Origin: an uncultured Anaerolineae bacterium
GTDB taxonomy: Bacteria; Chloroflexota; Anaerolineae; VGOG01
Assembly: GCA_964625745.1 (NCBI GenBank)
Contig: CAZVCJ010000005.1
Coordinates: 6,514 to 67,100, forward strand
Direction: 5' to 3'
DNA length: 60,587 nt
The position numbers and the translations under genes are program-made. Under the pieces are notes generated by a model. It was given only the letters and a program-made list of their open reading frames with translations, did not search any database and was not told where the DNA came from. Positions 41,847-50,912 of the stretch are shown here, piece by piece. Each line of letters begins with the position of its first letter. The stretch's first letter is position 1.

Positions 41847-43967
41847 CTACTTCCAGGTCAACCCATAGGTGTAGAAGAGCGGCAGGAGGGTGATGGCCAG
41901 GATGTTCTGCAACTTGATAAGAATGTGCAGGGATGGCCCGGCAGTGTCCTTGAGAGGATCGCCAAAGGTATCGCCGATCACCCCGGCCTTGTGAGCTTCC
42001 GACCCCTTGCCACCCAAATGGCCTTCCTCGACGTACTTCTTAGCGTTATCCCACGCGCCACCGGCATTGAACATGAAGATAGCCAACGTCGCGCCGATGA
42101 CCTTCACCCCGATCAGGTAGAAAGCCAGAGGCCACGGGCCCATCAGGAAGCCGACGGCGATGGGGAAGGCCACCCCGACCAGAGTCGGTGCTATCATCTC
42201 CCGCAGCGCGTGGCGCGTCCCGATGTCCACGCAGCGCGAGTATTCGGGGACAGCCTGGCCAGCCATAAGCCCGGGGATCTCGCGGAACTGCCGCCGCACC
42301 TCGTCCACCATACGGAAAGCTGTCCGGCCTACCGCCTTCATCGCCTGCGAGGTGAACAGGAAGGGAATGGTGGAGCCGATCATCAGCGCAGCGATATTCA
42401 GCGGGTGGGCCAGGTTAAGGCCGCGCACGATGCTCAGGGCCGCTCCTTCTGGATCGGCGCCGCCGAAGGTGACAAAACTAACCAGACTATCGTGGCTTGC
42501 CCCAACCAGCTCAGCCGCGCTGAGAAGATAGGCGAAGAGGATGACGACGCTGGTCATCAGGGCACAGCACATACCATAGCCCTTGGTAATGGCTTTGGTG
42601 ATGTTGCCGGCCGCGTCCAAAACGTCTCCAGCCTGGCGTACCTGTGGCCCCAGCCCAGCCATCTCGGCGATGCCGCTGGCGTTGTCGGCGATGGGACCAA
42701 AGGCATCGGCCGCCATGATGACGCCCTTCATCTCGGTGATACCCAGCGTGGCCGCTGTGATACCGAGGATGCCAGGCAGACCGCCGCCCATGATGTAGAA
42801 GGCGATAACGTTCACTATGGCCACCAGGATCTTCAGAACGACCGCGCTCTCCATACCCCAGGCAAAGCCATAGATCAAGTTGATGGCCACGCCGCTCAAG
42901 CCCCCCTCAGCGATCTCTCTGACCGGCCTCTGGGTGATACCGGTGTAGTACTGTACCAGAAGCGAGACCAGAATGGCCGTGATCAGACCCAGGGTGAGGC
43001 AGTAGAACAGACGGATGTCGTGCATCACGTAGACGCCCAGGACGTAAAAAGAGGCCATAGAGAACAGGGCAGTTACCAGGAAGCCTATGTTCATAGATAC
43101 GATGGGATTGCGCTTCTCTGTTCCGCGCACTGCCAGCACCCCCAGCACTGCACCAACGGCGCCAATGGCCCGGCTCAGCAAAGGGAAGAGCACTGCTACC
43201 CAACCATAGGTGGGGATAAAAGTCAGGCCTACGATCATCGTGCCGATAAGATTGTCGGAGCCAGACTCGAAGAGGTCTGCCCCACGCCCGGCCACGTCCC
43301 CTACGTTGTCGCCCACCTGGTCGGCGATGACGGCGGCGTTACGCGGGTCATCCTCCGGGATGCCTTGTTCCACTTTACCCACCAGGTCGGCTGCAATATC
43401 CGCCCCTTTGGTGAAGATGCCGCCGCCCAACTGGGCGAACAAAGCGGAGACACTGGCTCCAAAGCCAAAGCCGACCAGCAGGTGAACATTCTCTGGGTGA
43501 ACCGGGCTCACGCCGAAGAGGATAAACAGCAGGGAGATGCCCAAGAGGTTCAGCGCTACGATAGAGAGTCCCATCACTCCCCCGCCCCTGAAGGCAATCA
43601 TCAAGGCCCGCGCAGCGGAAAAGCGGGCTGCGGAGGTGGTGCGCACATTAGCCCGCGTGGCCGCGTTCATCCCGATATAGATAGCCAGCATAGAGAAGCC
43701 GGCGCCGACGACAAAGCCTAGCGCGATCTGCCACTTGGGCCACATGACGACGAGCAGCAAGGCCGTCAACGCGACGATGAAATAGCCAATGGTCTGGAAT
43801 TCCCGCCTCAGGAAAACATTGGCCCCCTCTTGAATCCAGGAAGCGATCTCTTTCATGCGAGGCGTGCCTGCCTCTTGCTTGATGACCCACCAAGCGAGCA
43901 GGCCAACGAAGATCAGAGCGAATACTCCGGCCAAAGGAATCAAATACGTTACCAGGTCAAACACCAC
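41847..43967 (-). CDS. hppA: membrane-bound proton-translocating pyrophosphatase, paralog 2
   Basis: GGIFTKGADIAADLVGKVEQGIPEDDPRNAAVIADQVGDNVGDVAGRGADLF; GNITKAITKG (Lys/Thr) motif. Confidence 0.92.
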   Translation of the reverse strand: MVFDLVTYLIPLAGVFALIFVGLLAWWVIKQEAGTPRMKEIASWIQEGANVFLRREFQTIGYFIVALTALLLVVMWPKWQIALGFVVGAGFSMLAIYIGMNAATRANVRTTSAARFSAARALMIAFRGGGVMGLSIVALNLLGISLLFILFGVSPVHPENVHLLVGFGFGASVSALFAQLGGGIFTKGADIAADLVGKVEQGIPEDDPRNAAVIADQVGDNVGDVAGRGADLFESGSDNLIGTMIVGLTFIPTYGWVAVLFPLLSRAIGAVGAVLGVLAVRGTEKRNPIVSMNIGFLVTALFSMASFYVLGVYVMHDIRLFYCLTLGLITAILVSLLVQYYTGITQRPVREIAEGGLSGVAINLIYGFAWGMESAVVLKILVAIVNVIAFYIMGGGLPGILGITAATLGITEMKGVIMAADAFGPIADNASGIAEMAGLGPQVRQAGDVLDAAGNITKAITKGYGMCCALMTSVVILFAYLLSAAELVGASHDSLVSFVTFGGADPEGAALSIVRGLNLAHPLNIAALMIGSTIPFLFTSQAMKAVGRTAFRMVDEVRRQFREIPGLMAGQAVPEYSRCVDIGTRHALREMIAPTLVGVAFPIAVGFLMGPWPLAFYLIGVKVIGATLAIFMFNAGGAWDNAKKYVEEGHLGGKGSEAHKAGVIGDTFGDPLKDTAGPSLHILIKLQNILAITLLPLFYTYGLTWK

Positions 43968-44011
43968 AATGTCTCCTCCTCGTTAAGAATCACTAGCGCT
44001 AATTGAGCTCA

Positions 44012-44047
44012 AGAGCCTCTATCTTCACCAGGGCAGATAGAGGCTCT
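44012..44047. terminator. 13-bp perfect hairpin between the atp operon and hppA
   Basis: AGAGCCTCTATCTtcaccagggcAGATAGAGGCTCT; weak T-run. Confidence 0.4.
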
Positions 44048-44150
44048 ATCCATTTCTGAAATCAAAAGTTAAGCAAAGTAGGCAACGCTGTCCCAATGGC
44101 CAACTTCGAGCCCCGACCAAACAAACTGGAGCTATCTCCTGCCGGCAGGA

Positions 44151-44906
44151 TTACTCCAGTTGCTCCTGCAAAGCAACCAGCTTGCCAGCGACGCTGCCAT
44201 CTACGACGCGGTCGCCGATCTGGATCACCAAACCGCCCAGGATGCTGGGATCCACCTTGAACTCCAGCGCCGGCCTCTCGCCCAGATGCTCGGCCAGGCT
44301 GCCAGCCACCGTCTCCTGTTCACCTGCCGAGAGGGGCAAAGCAGTGGTTACGTGGGCCGTCATCGCGCCCGCCCGCCTGGCCCATTCGAGCTCTTCCTCG
44401 TCCAGGACCACCACCCGCCCCGCTCGGATCCCGCTGAAGAACTCATCAATCAACCGCCGCTGGCGCTGCTCATCCAGGGCTTCGCCGATGATCTTGTTGG
44501 AGACAGCGATAGCCAGGGTTGCCACCTGGCTCCGCAGCTCGGCCAGCATCTGCTGGCGATCTCTCTCAACCACCGCCCGCCCGTCAGCGATGATCCGCTC
44601 CACTTCGGTCCGCGCCTCAGCGACGACCGCCTCCTTCGCCTTCTCGCCTTCCTCCCTGGCCTGGGCGATGATCTGCCCTCTCTCCTGCTTTGCTTCCTCG
44701 ACCCGCCGCTCGTACTCCTGAGCGGCGCGCTCCCTATCCCGCCGGGCCTGTTCGGCATCCTCCATGCTCTGAGCGATTTTCTGGCGGCGCTCTTCAAACA
44801 CCTTCACGACCCGCTTCCAGAGCAGGAAATAGAGGGCGATGAACAGGATGAGGACGTTGACGATCTGAGAAAGCAGGGAGACAGGGTCAATACCTAGTTT
44901 CTCCAA
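44151..44906 (-). CDS. atpF: ATP synthase F0 subunit b fused to a delta (OSCP) C-terminal-like segment
   Basis: TM helix LLSQIVNVLILFIALYFLLW, then a long charged helix, then a C-terminus FKVDPSILGGLVIQIGDRVVDGSVAGKL typical of subunit delta. TTG start 44906 after AAGGAG. Confidence 0.75.
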   Translation of the reverse strand: MEKLGIDPVSLLSQIVNVLILFIALYFLLWKRVVKVFEERRQKIAQSMEDAEQARRDRERAAQEYERRVEEAKQERGQIIAQAREEGEKAKEAVVAEARTEVERIIADGRAVVERDRQQMLAELRSQVATLAIAVSNKIIGEALDEQRQRRLIDEFFSGIRAGRVVVLDEEELEWARRAGAMTAHVTTALPLSAGEQETVAGSLAEHLGERPALEFKVDPSILGGLVIQIGDRVVDGSVAGKLVALQEQLE

Positions 44907-44919
44907 GGGCTGGCTCCTT

Positions 44920-45168
<249 letters not shown>

Positions 45169-45195
45169 TTAGAATCCTCCTTGATTTAAGATGAG

Positions 45196-46083
45196 CTAGT
45201 GTGATCCCTCAGCATGGTGAACGGTGGCCATCATGAAGAAGATCAGGCTCAGCATGGCAAAGATGAGAGCCTGGACGAAGCCCACGAAGATCTCCAACAC
45301 CATGAAGGGAAGTGAGGCAACAAAGGCAGCCAGAAAACCGATGACGATGAGCAGCACCTCGCCGGCGAAGATGTTGCCGAAGAGTCGGAAGGAGAAGGAG
45401 ACAATCTTGGTGAACTCGCTGAACAACTCCAAGATGCCGACGAAGGTATTGACGGGCCTCTCGAACCATAGGGTGCCTCTGAAGGTGAAGAACTTCTTAA
45501 GATAGGCAAGCCTCTGCTCTCTGAGACCAAAGAACTGGGTGGCTGCCACGGAAATGAGGGCCAGGGCGAGCGTGGTGTTCAGGTCCGCATTGGCGGAGCG
45601 GAGCAGAGGTACCTGAACCACATGTCCCTCATGGAAGCCCTGGGCTTGGATGCTGCCAAAGCCAGGCAGCAGGCCCATCCAGTTGGAGATGAGGATGAAA
45701 AAGAAAAACGTAGCCACCAGGGGGAAGAAGAGCCGCGTCTTCTCGCCCGCCACCCCTTCGACGAAGTTGTAGAAAAGCTCTATCGGCACCTCGACAATGT
45801 TCTGGAGACCAGTGGGGACCAGCCTGGGCTTGCGGAAAGCGAAATAGGAGATGACAATGAGCAGAAGCATCGTCAGCCAGGTGGTCGGCAGGGTGTTGGG
45901 AATCTCGTGGCCGAAGAGAGGGATGGCGAAGGGAATATGGACCTTCTCAGCCGCCATGCTGATCTCAGGTATTCCTCTCTCACTTATGATGCCGCCTAGC
46001 ATGACCCCCCATGCACATAGCATCAACAATAGCAGTATAGCAATGGCGCATCCCAGCTTACCTACCCTGCTTTTGGGCATCAC
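45196..46083 (-). CDS. atpB: ATP synthase F0 subunit a
   Basis: FSFRLFGNIFAGEVLL (conserved Arg helix) and C-terminal FVQALIFAMLS. Confidence 0.9.
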   Translation of the reverse strand: MMPKSRVGKLGCAIAILLLLMLCAWGVMLGGIISERGIPEISMAAEKVHIPFAIPLFGHEIPNTLPTTWLTMLLLIVISYFAFRKPRLVPTGLQNIVEVPIELFYNFVEGVAGEKTRLFFPLVATFFFFILISNWMGLLPGFGSIQAQGFHEGHVVQVPLLRSANADLNTTLALALISVAATQFFGLREQRLAYLKKFFTFRGTLWFERPVNTFVGILELFSEFTKIVSFSFRLFGNIFAGEVLLIVIGFLAAFVASLPFMVLEIFVGFVQALIFAMLSLIFFMMATVHHAEGSH

Positions 46084-46357
46084 TACTCCCCCCCTGTTCT
46101 TTCTCCGCTTCTTTGGATTTGGCCGCCATCCTCTGCCGCACCGCTGTGGTCACCCAGCGATAGGCCACGATGGGCCCCAGCACCGTTCCCCCCCCGGTCA
46201 ACAACAACGTGATCCAGGGCAAGGTGTGGAGCCGGTTATCAATCCACCAGCCCGCCGCCAGGCCAAGCAACACCGGGAAAGCGATCGCCCCCCCCACCTG
46301 AGTGGCCAACGCCAGGCCCCAGGCGGCATCTCGCCAATCGGCCGGCTTCCAGTTCAT
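46058..46357 (-). CDS. AtpZ/AtpI-like small membrane protein
   Basis: 99 aa with two hydrophobic helices, directly upstream of and overlapping atpB. Confidence 0.6.
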   Translation of the reverse strand: MNWKPADWRDAAWGLALATQVGGAIAFPVLLGLAAGWWIDNRLHTLPWITLLLTGGGTVLGPIVAYRWVTTAVRQRMAAKSKEAEKEQGGSSDAQKQGR

Positions 46358-46413
46358 AACTCCCCCGCCTCAATCCATTTGGTGCATAATTGTACCGTAA
46401 AGGGACAATCTTG

Positions 46414-47841
46414 TCAAAGGCTAGCCAGGAAGGCCTCCGCTGCCTTCGTGGCCACCTGCAGGAACGGGGCCGAAGCAAAGCCCAACAGAGCCACGCCCAG
46501 GCCCGTCACCAGTAGCACGATGGTGGAAAGGGCCGGCACGGGCACTGGTTCCTCAGACGGCGGTTCTTCGAGGTACATCACCCGGGCGACGATCAGATAA
46601 TAGTAGAGGGAGATAATGGCGTTCAAAACGCCGATCACTACCAGCCACAGCAACCCCTGTTCAATAGCCGCGGCAAAGATGTACAGCTTGCCAAAGAATC
46701 CGGCCACCGGGGGAATCCCTCCCAGGGACAGGAGAGCCAGAAGCATCACCAGGGCCAGAGCCGGGGACCGCCGGCTCAGGCCAGCGAAATCCGCGATCTC
46801 GTCGCTGCCTGTGGCATTGGAAATCAGGATCACCACGGCAAAGGCACAGATGTTGGTGAGGGTATACACGATCAGGTAAAAGATGATCGAGGCCACGCCC
46901 AAAGCCGAGATACAAACCACACCGATGAGGACGTAGCCAGCCTGGGCGATGCTCGAATAGGCCAACATGCGCTTGATGTTCGTCTGGGGGATGGCCACCA
47001 CGTTTCCCAGGGTCATAGTCACCACCGACAGGGCGCCAACCACCGCTATCCAGTCAGGTCGGATGAAATCAAAAGCGCCGATAAAGACGCGCATCAGAAC
47101 GGCGAAGCCCGCCGCCTTGGAAGCCACGGAGACGAAAGCGGTGACCGGTGTGGGCGCACCTTCGTATACATCAGGTGTCCACATGTGGAAGGGAACGGCA
47201 GCGATCTTGAAGCCAAAGCCCGCCAGCATGAGCAGAGCGCCCAGGACGACCGGCAGCGGTTGATTAGAGGCAGTCAGGGCAACCGCCACCTCCCTCAGAC
47301 CCGTCTCGCCGGTCAACCCATAAACCAGGCTCATCCCATAAAGCATCAAAGCTGAGGAAAAGGCTCCAAACAGAAAATACTTGAGGCCAGCCTCGGTGGA
47401 CTTGGGGACGTCCCGCAGGTAGCCAGCCAGGATGTAGAGAGTGATGCTGGTCAGCTCCAGGGCCACGTAGAGCATGATGAGATCAGCGGCGCTGGCCATG
47501 AGGCTCATGCCCAGGGTGGCCAGAATGGTCAGTGCATAGTACTCCCCGTGAGACTTCAGGGGCTTATAGTCCACTGAGATCAGCACCGTCAGAATGGCGG
47601 CGACGATAAAGGTCTCCTTGAACAGCAAAGCCAGCAAATCGGTCTTGAGCATCCCGCTGAAGACCAGTTCGCCCCCCGTCCACGACCAGAACACATTGAG
47701 GACAAAGATGACAGCCAGGCCAGCGGCGGCCAGCCAGCCCAACCATCTTCTCTTGTCACCGCCGCTGAACAAATCCAATCCGAAAATCAGCAGGGCCAAA
47801 CAAAGCAGTGCTATCTCAGGCAGCAAAGCCGATAACTCCAA
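46414..47841 (-). CDS. nuoN: NADH-quinone oxidoreductase subunit N
   Basis: Polytopic antiporter-like protein. TTG at 47841 after GGGAGG, immediately following the nuoM stop. Confidence 0.85.
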   Translation of the reverse strand: MELSALLPEIALLCLALLIFGLDLFSGGDKRRWLGWLAAAGLAVIFVLNVFWSWTGGELVFSGMLKTDLLALLFKETFIVAAILTVLISVDYKPLKSHGEYYALTILATLGMSLMASAADLIMLYVALELTSITLYILAGYLRDVPKSTEAGLKYFLFGAFSSALMLYGMSLVYGLTGETGLREVAVALTASNQPLPVVLGALLMLAGFGFKIAAVPFHMWTPDVYEGAPTPVTAFVSVASKAAGFAVLMRVFIGAFDFIRPDWIAVVGALSVVTMTLGNVVAIPQTNIKRMLAYSSIAQAGYVLIGVVCISALGVASIIFYLIVYTLTNICAFAVVILISNATGSDEIADFAGLSRRSPALALVMLLALLSLGGIPPVAGFFGKLYIFAAAIEQGLLWLVVIGVLNAIISLYYYLIVARVMYLEEPPSEEPVPVPALSTIVLLVTGLGVALLGFASAPFLQVATKAAEAFLASL

Positions 47842-47843
47842 GA

Positions 47844-49307
47844 CTAACCTCCCAATCTGGCAACGATAGGCACCACACCGGTGTTGATGACATTCATCAA
47901 GATAGAGGGGTAAACGCCGACCACGATCAAAAGGGCGCACAGGATGAGAAGAGCGACTTTCTCACGCCGCGTTACGTCCCCCACGTGTTCAAACTCAGCT
48001 TTGAGGGGGCCAAAGAAAACGTGTTGCACAACCCGCAGGATGTAGGCCGCGGTGATGACGATGCCCAGGGCGGAGATGGCCGCCACCACGGGATAGGCCT
48101 GCCAAACGCCAATGAAGATCTGCAATTCGGCCACGAACCCTGAGAGCCCCGGCATGCCCATAGACACCAGTCCCCCGATAATGAAAGCGATGGCCACCAC
48201 CGGCATTTTCTGCGCAAAGCCCCCCAGGTCCGGTATGTGCCGCGTGTGGGCGCGATCGTAGACGCAGCCGACCACAGCAAAGAAGAGAGCCGTCATAATG
48301 CCGTGGGAGAACATTTGCAGGGTGGCCCCGTTCATGCCCATCACGTTCATGGTCGCCCAGCCCATGGTCACCAGCCCCATGTGGCTCACGCTGGAATAAC
48401 CAATGACGTACTTGAAGTCCTGCTGGGCCATGGCCACCGACGCGCCGTAGACCACGTTGACCACCGTCAGGATGACCACCCAGGGCAGCCAGAATTTGGC
48501 TCCGTCAGGCAGCAAAACGACCGCCACCCGCAGGCCGCTGTAGGCTCCCAGCTTCATCAAAACCCCAGCGTGCAACATACTGGCCGCCGTAGGCGCGGCC
48601 ACGTGGCCGTCGGGCGACCAGGTGTGAAAAGGCCAGATGCCAGCCAGCACTCCGAACCCGATGAAAATAGGCAGGAAGAAAATCCGTTGGAAATCCACCG
48701 GGAAGTTGACCGTAGCCAGCTCCAGCAGATCAAAGGTATGCAATCCGCTCTTGAAGTAGATGGCCAGAGCGCCCACCAGGGCGATGATGCTGCCTGCCAG
48801 CAAATAGAGCGTCAGCTTCATGGCCGCGTACTTCCGCGTCACTTTCCATCCCCAGACGCTGATGAGGATGAACATGGGCAACACAGCGATCTCGTAGAAG
48901 AGGAAGAGCAAGAACATGTCCGTCGTCATGAAGACGCCGAAAACGCCCGACACCAGCAGCAGCATCAGGGCGAAGAATTCTTTGATGCGCGGCATCGTCC
49001 AGGACATCAGGCAGCCGGTAAAGATCACGAAGCCCGTCAGGAGCAACATGGGCAGGCTGATCCCGTCCACTGCCAGATGGTAAGAAATGCCCAGGCTGGG
49101 TATCCAACGCGCGTGCTCCTCGAACTGGAAGCCCCCCCTGGTCATGTCGTAGGCACAATAGACGTAGATAGAAAAAGCCAGCGAGATAAAGGCCGCTGTC
49201 GTAGCCACAACCTTGATGGGCAAAGTCTTCTTTTCAGGCAAGGCCATGATGATGAAAGCCCCGATTAAGGGAGAGAAAAGAATGACACTCAGAAATGGGA
49301 AATTCAT
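47844..49307 (-). CDS. nuoM: NADH-quinone oxidoreductase subunit M (copy 2)
   Basis: Antiporter-like; WLPDGHVAAPTAASMLHAGVLMKLG-type motif (TWSPDGH...). Confidence 0.85.
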   Translation of the reverse strand: MNFPFLSVILFSPLIGAFIIMALPEKKTLPIKVVATTAAFISLAFSIYVYCAYDMTRGGFQFEEHARWIPSLGISYHLAVDGISLPMLLLTGFVIFTGCLMSWTMPRIKEFFALMLLLVSGVFGVFMTTDMFLLFLFYEIAVLPMFILISVWGWKVTRKYAAMKLTLYLLAGSIIALVGALAIYFKSGLHTFDLLELATVNFPVDFQRIFFLPIFIGFGVLAGIWPFHTWSPDGHVAAPTAASMLHAGVLMKLGAYSGLRVAVVLLPDGAKFWLPWVVILTVVNVVYGASVAMAQQDFKYVIGYSSVSHMGLVTMGWATMNVMGMNGATLQMFSHGIMTALFFAVVGCVYDRAHTRHIPDLGGFAQKMPVVAIAFIIGGLVSMGMPGLSGFVAELQIFIGVWQAYPVVAAISALGIVITAAYILRVVQHVFFGPLKAEFEHVGDVTRREKVALLILCALLIVVGVYPSILMNVINTGVVPIVARLGG

Positions 49308-49371
49308 AAAGCTGTCCCTCACGCTTGTTTTCAGGCTTCCGAAGTCTGGGGAGACTTCGGAAGCCTGGCTG

Positions 49372-50901
49372 TCAACCGATCAGGTGCAAGACCGTCTGAT
49401 TGATGACGTTCAGGATCCACGATGGATAGATCCCAATGGCCAGCATCAGGACCATGAGAGGGGCCACGGCCACCACCTCTCGAAGGCTGATCTCCGTTAA
49501 TCCGGCCCAACGGGGGTTGAGGGGTCCCAGCAACACCCGCTGGATCATCCACAGCAGATAGGCCGCGGTGACCACCAGACCCAGGGTGGACAGAACAGTC
49601 AAGGCCGTGAACACGGGAAAAGCCCCTCTGAAGACCATGAACTCGCTGACGAAACCGTTCAAGCCCGGCAGTCCCAAGGAGGCCAGGGTGCAGAAGAGCA
49701 GGATCCCCCCATAGGCCGGCGCTACCACACCAACTCCGCCAAAGTCTTCCAGGTTCCGGGTGTGAGCGCGCTCGTAGATGACACCGACCAGGAAGAACAT
49801 GGCCGCTGCGGTGATGCCGTGATTGAACATCTGCAAGACCGCCCCGTTGTAGGCCATCACCCGGCTCTCCAATGGAGCACCGGCTACAGCTATAGTAGCG
49901 ATGCCCAGGATGACAAAGCCCATGTGGTTGACGGACGAATAGGCCACCAGTCGTTTGAAATCCTTCTGGGCCATGGCTGCCAGCGAGCCCAGGACTATTC
50001 CCAGGAAAGCCAAGACGGCAATCAAGGGGGCGTAGTGCTGAGCCATGTCGGGAAAGATGCCCAGCACGACGCGCAGGAAGCCGTAGGCACCCAGCTTGAG
50101 GAGCACCCCCGCCAGGAGCATGGAGCCGGCGGTGGGCGCCTCCGTGTGGGCGTCGGGCAGCCAGGTGTGGAAGGGCCAGATAGGTACTTTGATGGCAAAG
50201 GCCAGGGAGAAGGCGAAGAAGGCCAGGATGCGAGCCGTCGTATTATCAATGAACCACAGGGCACGCCCTTCAGTGAGGAAGGGGCTTTCCCTGGTCAGGG
50301 TGACGATGTCGAAGGTGCCGCTCTCGAGGCCGCCCGTGGCCCACCAGATGCACTGGATGGCCAGCAACATGGCCACGCTGCCCACCAGAGTGTAGACGAA
50401 GAACTTGAAGGAGGCATAGCGCCGGTTGGCCCCACCCCAGACGTTGATCAGGAAGTACATGGGCACCAGGCCGATCTCCCAGAAGATGTAGAAGATGACG
50501 AAATCGAGGGAGGCGAAGACGCCAAACATGCCCATCTCCAGCATCAGAAAGAGAGCGAAGTAGGCCTTGACGTGCTCCTTGATGCTGAAGGAACAGAGCA
50601 GCGCCGCCGGGGTGAGCAGGGCCGTCAGGAGGACCATGGGCACGCTGAGGCCGTCCACGCCCAGATGGTAGCGGGAATGGATCACCGCAAACCAGGTGTA
50701 GTTCTCCTCGAACTGCATACCCGCTTGCGACGGATCGTAGTTCACCCAGACGACGATAGCCAGGATCAAGGGGATCAGGCTGACCAGAAAAGCCGTCCAC
50801 TTGATGGCTTTCTCCTTCTCCCCAGGGATGAACAGGATAATAGCCGATCCCAGGATAGGTATGAAGGTGATTAGTGTCAGGATAGGAATGGGAAAGTCCA
50901 T
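49372..50901 (-). CDS. nuoM: NADH-quinone oxidoreductase subunit M (copy 1)
   Basis: HTWLPDAHTEAPTAGSMLLAGVLLKLG. ATG 50901 (MDFPIPIL). Clearly divergent from the adjacent copy. Confidence 0.85.
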   Translation of the reverse strand: MDFPIPILTLITFIPILGSAIILFIPGEKEKAIKWTAFLVSLIPLILAIVVWVNYDPSQAGMQFEENYTWFAVIHSRYHLGVDGLSVPMVLLTALLTPAALLCSFSIKEHVKAYFALFLMLEMGMFGVFASLDFVIFYIFWEIGLVPMYFLINVWGGANRRYASFKFFVYTLVGSVAMLLAIQCIWWATGGLESGTFDIVTLTRESPFLTEGRALWFIDNTTARILAFFAFSLAFAIKVPIWPFHTWLPDAHTEAPTAGSMLLAGVLLKLGAYGFLRVVLGIFPDMAQHYAPLIAVLAFLGIVLGSLAAMAQKDFKRLVAYSSVNHMGFVILGIATIAVAGAPLESRVMAYNGAVLQMFNHGITAAAMFFLVGVIYERAHTRNLEDFGGVGVVAPAYGGILLFCTLASLGLPGLNGFVSEFMVFRGAFPVFTALTVLSTLGLVVTAAYLLWMIQRVLLGPLNPRWAGLTEISLREVVAVAPLMVLMLAIGIYPSWILNVINQTVLHLIG

Positions 50902-50912
50902 CCACGTTTCTC

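Noticed and set aside
47844-50901. The two adjacent nuoM genes as an assembly duplication
   Set aside because: The protein sequences are clearly divergent throughout, with different N-termini and different loop sequences, so they are true paralogs.
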